DNA of 64,000 bases from an uncultured Pseudomonadota bacterium (GTDB lineage Bacteria > Oederibacteriota > Muellerivitia > Muellerivitales > Muellerivitaceae), in assembly GCA_963770835.1 (NCBI GenBank), contig CAVYRH010000005.1:160001-224000 (forward strand). Reading direction: 5' to 3'. Below the pieces are notes generated by a model. It saw only the letters and a list, made by a program, of their open reading frames with translations, was not told the DNA's origin and searched no databases. This document shows, piece by piece, positions 58,665 through 64,000 of this stretch; the stretch's first letter is position 1, and each line of letters starts with the position of its first letter. The translations under genes were made by a program, and so were the position numbers.

Positions 58665-58847
58665 CGGGGTCCTCTCCTTGAGTTTTGCGTTGGAACTCTC
58701 CCGATAAAGCCCTTGGCCTGGTAAGGGGCCTATGTTAAATTATTTTCCACCCTTAACTTTTGACGTCAAAGGCTTGCTTCAACCTGATGCCACAACCCCT
58801 CAAAGGTTGACACAAACCGAAGTTTCCCTTGAAGGAGTTTTTCTGCG

Positions 58848-60935
58848 GTGTCCGAAGATAAAGCCGTCCTTATTAAAACCGCTTATTCCTATTACCAAAA
58901 AGGTGATTGGGACAGGGCTATCGAGGAATACCACAAATTAGCCGATTTGGACCCCAAGGACTTGAACGTCCACAACATGTTGGCTGACATTTACGCCAAA
59001 AAAGGCGATGTTCAAGAAGCCCTCCAGCAATACGATCTCGTCGCCCAAGGCTTTGACCAGAAAAACCAAGTCGATAAAGTCCTTCAAGTTTATCGGCGGA
59101 TGCTCAAACTGGTTCCTAATGATCCGGATTTACTCAACGCCGTTAAAAACCTAATTGATAAGTACCTGGCCCGTGCCGGCCAACTGGAAGATGTTGATCC
59201 CGGGAAATCTGCTGAAATTTACCGATTTGTTCTTAAAACTGAGCCCGCCCGGATCGACGCCCATTTCCAACTCGCCAGGCTTTTGGCCAAGAACGGACAA
59301 AAATTCGAAGCCGTTGAATCCCTTATGAACCTGTTGACGAATTTGGATCCGGAAACTCAAACAGGACGGCTGGTGGAGGTTCTACAAGTTATCACCGAGC
59401 TGGATCCCCTGAACATTGAGGCGCGTGAAAAAATGATCACCTTGTTCATCCAGGCCAAACAGACGGCGGCTGCCGTGAAGGGCCTGCAAGACTTGATCGA
59501 AATTTATATCAGCAAGAATGAGTTCACTCAAGCACAGGAAGCGGCCCAAAAGGCGATCGAGCTTGGAGACTCCAACACCTATTACCATTTGGGCGTGATT
59601 TATTTCAACCAACAAAAATACACCGAAAGCCGGCAGGCTTTTGAAAAGTTTTTAACTTTTCAAGAAGGGCATGTTGGTGCTTTGAAATACCTTGCTCTTT
59701 CTTTTATGCGATTGGGGCAGGCGCCGGAAGCGGTTTTGGTTTACCTCAAGATCCTTGATGTTTATTTTAACGAAAATCTTTTGGACGAGGCCAGGGAAGT
59801 TCGACAGACGATTCTGGAACTGGATCCGGCAAATGAGGCCGTCAAACGGTACCCGTTGGAACAAGCGGTTATGATACCTGAAACGCCGCCGGCCGAATAT
59901 CCGCCTATAACTGATGGCGCTGCGTCTGAAAATGAGAAATCCCTTGCGGATCAACAGACGCTTCTTTCGCAAGCCACCGGCTTTACCGAAAGGGGATTTT
60001 ACGAACAGGCGATTGATATTTATTTGGATATGCTAAAACGTTGGCCCCAACTGCCGGAAATCCGCATTCGCTTGCAACAAGTTTATGCCCTTATGGCACG
60101 GGCCGCAGAGCCTGCGGAAAAATACCCATCGCCCGAGGAAATCAAATCCGAACTGGAACGAGAATTACGGGAACAGATGCGCCGGGAACTGGACGAACAA
60201 GCCCGGATCGTTCATGAACAACAACGGGAATTAGAGCAAAAAAGGGAATTGGAACAGTTGCGACTAAAACAGGAACTGGAATCGAAACTGATGGAGCAAG
60301 TGAATCGAACCAAAGAAGAAGATCTGCGGCAACTACTTTCCCGAGAATACGAGGAGAAACAAAGACTTTTGTTGGTCGAACGGGACCGTCTGGAAAAAGA
60401 AAAAGATGAATCCCTGACCCGGTTGAAAGCCGAATTTGAAAAATCAAAAGTTGTTATGGAACAAAAACTGCGCGAGCAAATTGAAAAAGAAACAAAGGAC
60501 AGGTTGGACCGGGAAGTTCAACTGAAAACTGCCTTGGAACAAGAAGAGGAAAAGAGAAAGACCGAGGAGGAAGAACGAAAAAAGTACGCAAACCAAAAAA
60601 AAGAACAAGAGGCAGCCAAGGCCAAAATTAACCAAGAAATATTACAAGGAATGGAAAGACTTCGCTTCGAAAAAGAAAAAGAGGCAAAATCAAGTCCGTC
60701 GCTGTCGACTTCTCATCCAAAACCTTTGATCGAAACCGTCCCCACTAATCCTTCCCCAGAGACCCAAGAGTCGTTAGATGATCCCTTTGTCCGGCAAACC
60801 TTGGCTGAAATTTACGCGAAACAAGGCCTTTATGTTGAGGCCCTTAAAATTTATGAAAAAATATTAAATGAGGAACCAAACAATGAAGATGTCCGTGAAA
60901 AATTGAGAGATATATTGCGTCTCAAAGGTATTTAA
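58848..60935 (+). CDS. TPR-repeat protein with long charged coiled coil and C-terminal TPR
   Basis: Multiple TPR units, an E/K/R/Q-rich heptad region, and terminal TLAEIYAKQGLYVEALKIYEKIL. Confidence 0.85.
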   Translation: MSEDKAVLIKTAYSYYQKGDWDRAIEEYHKLADLDPKDLNVHNMLADIYAKKGDVQEALQQYDLVAQGFDQKNQVDKVLQVYRRMLKLVPNDPDLLNAVKNLIDKYLARAGQLEDVDPGKSAEIYRFVLKTEPARIDAHFQLARLLAKNGQKFEAVESLMNLLTNLDPETQTGRLVEVLQVITELDPLNIEAREKMITLFIQAKQTAAAVKGLQDLIEIYISKNEFTQAQEAAQKAIELGDSNTYYHLGVIYFNQQKYTESRQAFEKFLTFQEGHVGALKYLALSFMRLGQAPEAVLVYLKILDVYFNENLLDEAREVRQTILELDPANEAVKRYPLEQAVMIPETPPAEYPPITDGAASENEKSLADQQTLLSQATGFTERGFYEQAIDIYLDMLKRWPQLPEIRIRLQQVYALMARAAEPAEKYPSPEEIKSELERELREQMRRELDEQARIVHEQQRELEQKRELEQLRLKQELESKLMEQVNRTKEEDLRQLLSREYEEKQRLLLVERDRLEKEKDESLTRLKAEFEKSKVVMEQKLREQIEKETKDRLDREVQLKTALEQEEEKRKTEEEERKKYANQKKEQEAAKAKINQEILQGMERLRFEKEKEAKSSPSLSTSHPKPLIETVPTNPSPETQESLDDPFVRQTLAEIYAKQGLYVEALKIYEKILNEEPNNEDVREKLRDILRLKGI

Positions 60936-61089
60936 GGTTTCTAGCCATATTTAGTAGAGGCGTAACCCGAGTTGAAGGCGTCGTGAATAATTCTGTGAAG
61001 GCTTTTATCAAAAGCTTTAGTTTATTCAAACAATAAATATTACGCTTATTTCCCTTGTTTTCGTCCTGGTGCTTTCCCAGAATAACCCC

Positions 61090-63078
61090 ATGAAATTCGA
61101 AATTGTCTCTCCTTTCAAACCGACAGGTGATCAACCGCAGGCAATCGACAAACTCCTGAGAAACCTTGAAAAGGGCTTGCCCCACCAGACCCTTTTGGGT
61201 GTGACGGGATCGGGGAAAACCTTCACGATGGCCCAGGTTATCCAAAAGACTCAACGCCCTTCCCTTGTGATTTCGCACAACAAAACTTTGGCTGCACAGC
61301 TTTATAGCGAATTTAAGGAATTTTTTCCGAAGAATGCCGTGGCTTATTTTGTTAGTTATTATGATTATTATCAACCCGAGGCCTATCTTCCCCAGACCGA
61401 TACTTTCATCGAGAAAGACGCTTCCATCAATATGGAGCTTGACCGGCTGAGGCTGGAAGCCACTGCATTGCTGCAGGAGAGGCGAGATGTGGTTATTGTG
61501 GCGTCCGTTTCCTGCATTTATGGGCTTGGTTCCCCCGAGTATTACAAAAAAATGCACTTGGTGATTCGGGAGGGTCAGGAGACCCCAAGAGAAAACCTAC
61601 TTAAAGAACTCGTTGGAATCCAGTACTCCCGTAACGATATTGATTTCAACCGCGGCAAATTCAGGGTCAAGGGCGACGTTGTCGAAATTTTCCCGGCTTA
61701 CGAGGAAAATCCCTTTCGAGTCGAGTTTTTTGGGGATGAAGTCGAGAAAATATCGGAAGTTGATCCTGTCACGGGAAAGGAACTGAACCGTCGAACTGTT
61801 CTTCCTGTTTATCCAGCTAAACATTACGTTATGCCGGAATCGGTCATCAAAGGCGCGATTCAAGAAATCCAAGAGGAATTGCGGGAGCGGCTCCTGGAAT
61901 TAAAAAAAGAAAATAAACTTGTGGAGGCTCAGCGCCTGGAACAGCGCACCCAGTTCGACCTCGAAATGATCGAAGAAATGGGTTACTGCCAAGGGATTGA
62001 AAATTACAGTCGGCACTTCGATGGCCGCAAGGCAGGGGAACCACCTTATACTCTTTTAGATTATTTCCCAAATGATTTCCTGACATTTATTGATGAGTCT
62101 CATGTGACCCTACCCCAACTCCACGGTATGTATAACGGAGATTTTGCCCGGAAAAAGAACCTCGTGGACTTTGGATTCCGCCTGAAATGCGCTTTTGACA
62201 ATAGGCCCTTGAGGTTTGAGGAATTCCAAAAGAAGACCGGGCAGGTGATTTATGTTTCGGCCACCCCGGCCAAGGAAGAACTGGGATATTCCAAGGAAGT
62301 AGTGGTGGAACAAATCATTCGTCCGACGGGTTTAATGGATCCGGAAATAGAAGTTCGTCCGGCTGCTTCCCAGGTGGATGACTTGACCAGCCAAATCCGG
62401 GAAAGAGTGAAAAAACAACAGCGCGTCCTGGTGACGACCTTGACCAAGAAGATGGCCGAGGATTTGACCGGTTTCTTGAAGCAAATCAACGTCAGGGTGG
62501 CCTACCTTCATTCAGATGTGGAAACCCTGGATCGCATCCGGATCATCCGGGATCTCCGTCTCGGTGTTTACGACGTTCTCGTCGGCGTAAATCTCTTGCG
62601 GGAGGGATTGGATTTGCCCGAAGTGGGGTTGGTGGCCATTATGGACGCGGACAAAGAAGGCTTTTTGCGGTCTGAAGTCTCTCTCATGCAGACGGCCGGG
62701 CGGGCCGCCCGGAACGTGGAGGGAAAAGTCATCTTTTACGCCGATAAGGAAACCGCATCAATCCTTAAAACCATCCAGGAAACGAAGCGGCGTCGGAAGG
62801 TACAAGGGGAATATAACCAAAAAAATGGAATTACTCCCGCAACTATCAAAAAGCAAATACGGGAGATATTATCCACTGTCTATGAGGCGGACTACTACAC
62901 CGTTCCCGTCGCGGCGGAGGAACAGGAACCCTACTTGGTACCAGAGGCTATTCCCAGAAAAATTGTTGCCTTAGAGAAGGAAATGATGGGGTACGCTCAA
63001 AAATATGAATATGAAAAGGCGGCGGAATTGCGAGACCAAATCCGACAATTGCGTGAACGGATTAAAAGTCCGTTCTAA
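61090..63078 (+). CDS. uvrB: Excinuclease ABC subunit B
   Basis: [40 protein letters not shown] and a C-terminal UVR domain. Confidence 0.98.
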   Translation: MKFEIVSPFKPTGDQPQAIDKLLRNLEKGLPHQTLLGVTGSGKTFTMAQVIQKTQRPSLVISHNKTLAAQLYSEFKEFFPKNAVAYFVSYYDYYQPEAYLPQTDTFIEKDASINMELDRLRLEATALLQERRDVVIVASVSCIYGLGSPEYYKKMHLVIREGQETPRENLLKELVGIQYSRNDIDFNRGKFRVKGDVVEIFPAYEENPFRVEFFGDEVEKISEVDPVTGKELNRRTVLPVYPAKHYVMPESVIKGAIQEIQEELRERLLELKKENKLVEAQRLEQRTQFDLEMIEEMGYCQGIENYSRHFDGRKAGEPPYTLLDYFPNDFLTFIDESHVTLPQLHGMYNGDFARKKNLVDFGFRLKCAFDNRPLRFEEFQKKTGQVIYVSATPAKEELGYSKEVVVEQIIRPTGLMDPEIEVRPAASQVDDLTSQIRERVKKQQRVLVTTLTKKMAEDLTGFLKQINVRVAYLHSDVETLDRIRIIRDLRLGVYDVLVGVNLLREGLDLPEVGLVAIMDADKEGFLRSEVSLMQTAGRAARNVEGKVIFYADKETASILKTIQETKRRRKVQGEYNQKNGITPATIKKQIREILSTVYEADYYTVPVAAEEQEPYLVPEAIPRKIVALEKEMMGYAQKYEYEKAAELRDQIRQLRERIKSPF

Positions 63079-63144
63079 TCCTGCCCTGAACTTCCCAGTT
63101 TCGTTTTGGGGTTATCGACTGAGTCAACCGAAAAGAGTTTAACC

Positions 63145-63999
63145 ATGCCCGAAAATAAAACGGAATCCTTAAAAAAGATGGTCGCTGGTTTCCCGGATTC
63201 ATTCGGTGTTTATTTGTTTAAAAGCAGCGGCAATAAAGTTTTGTACGTCGGAAAGGCAGTCTCCCTCAAAAAACGAGTTGCGTCTTATTTCAACCAAGTA
63301 GCGAAAGAAAGCCCCAAAATCCGTTCTTTGGTAGCTCAGTCAGCTCATGTGGAGTACGTCCTGACGGAGGACGAAAGCCAAGCTTTCCTTTTGGAAAGCA
63401 ACCTCATTAAACGGTACCGGCCCCGCTACAATGTGGTTTTGAGGGATGACAAAAGTTATCCTTACTTGAAACTTACACTTTCGGAGGATTTTCCGAGAAT
63501 ATTGATCTCCCGCCGACCGGCAGCGGATGGGTCCAAATATTATGGGCCCTATCCCAATCTAAAATTACGTGAAATGGTCAAGTTGATTTATCGTTATTTC
63601 AACATCCGGGACTGCAACCTTGAAATCGACGGCAAAGCTGAAAGGGCCTGTTTAAGTTATCAAATCAAACAATGCCCCGCTCCTTGCATCGGATTGATTC
63701 AAAAACAGGCTTACGGACAGTTAGTTGACCGGGTGCGTTGGTTCTTGGAGGGCAAGCACGACGATTTGATAGAACATGTAAAAACTGAAATGCTCAAGGC
63801 TTCCGATAACCAGGAATACGAAGAAGCTGCGAAGTACCGGGATCTTTTGACAACGATCGAGCAAATGCAAAGCGGTTATACGGTTATTATCCCCGAAAAA
63901 CGGGATGTAGATGTTTTTGCCTTTGCTGCGGGTTTGGGCAAGGTGCTGGTTTCCGTTCTTCAGGTCCGACAGGGCAAAGTTGTGGACCACGTGAGACTG
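63145..63999 (+). CDS. uvrC: Excinuclease ABC subunit C (runs off the 3' end of the window)
   Basis: Not in the ORF track. Translated by hand: MPENKTESLKKMVAGFPDSFGVYLFK..VLYVGKAVSLKKRVASYF..LESNLIKRYRPRYNVVLRDDKSYPY (GIY-YIG domain). Confidence 0.95.
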   Translation, partial: MPENKTESLKKMVAGFPDSFGVYLFKSSGNKVLYVGKAVSLKKRVASYFNQVAKESPKIRSLVAQSAHVEYVLTEDESQAFLLESNLIKRYRPRYNVVLRDDKSYPYLKLTLSEDFPRILISRRPAADGSKYYGPYPNLKLREMVKLIYRYFNIRDCNLEIDGKAERACLSYQIKQCPAPCIGLIQKQAYGQLVDRVRWFLEGKHDDLIEHVKTEMLKASDNQEYEEAAKYRDLLTTIEQMQSGYTVIIPEKRDVDVFAFAAGLGKVLVSVLQVRQGKVVDHVRL

Positions 64000-64000
64000 A

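Noticed and set aside
58678..58707. sigma28-like promoter before the TPR gene (CCCGATAA)
   Set aside because: The -35-like element is at the wrong spacing.
60942..60957. NrdR-box-like sequence TAGCCATATTTAGTAG upstream of uvrB
   Set aside because: Single degenerate copy. NrdR boxes normally occur as spaced pairs at nucleotide-reduction genes.

Overview
Core-chromosome window from a diderm, LPS-producing bacterium that uses Shine-Dalgarno sites and TTGACA/TATAAT-type promoters. The lineage cannot be fixed from this window. Gene order: chemotaxis cluster (cheD-cheW-cheY-cheB-[AT-rich orphan]-cheA-cheC); degenerate GGDEF protein; dprA-topA; argB; nrdR; DUF1015; eno; cysteine synthase plus JAMM peptidase operon; tmRNA; secreted beta-helix protein plus two PilZ proteins; skp-lpxD-lpxC/fabZ fusion-lpxA-lpxI-GT-C-like gene; lptFG; LytS/LytTR pair; two giant secreted-protein genes; comF; gap-nfeD-SPFH-pgk-tpiA-secG; two LacI regulators; lnt; argC; tRNA-Glu; cyclophilin; multidomain glycoside hydrolase; TPR protein; uvrB and partial uvrC. 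The most notable element is 32794-43454. There a 1994-aa SprA/Sov-like (type IX secretion translocon-like) protein with an extra N-terminal FN3 domain sits 2 nt upstream of a 1557-aa protein with about 13 FN3 domains, Pro/Thr-rich inserts and a C-terminal domain resembling a T9SS sorting signal. The host does not look like a Bacteroidia member. Other highlights are an 81-82 nt tandem repeat whose hairpins cover the cheC ribosome-binding site and a GGDEF protein with a dead active site but an intact I-site. No CRISPR array, rRNA, integrase or transposase was seen. All family assignments come from motif recognition by eye; no searches were run.
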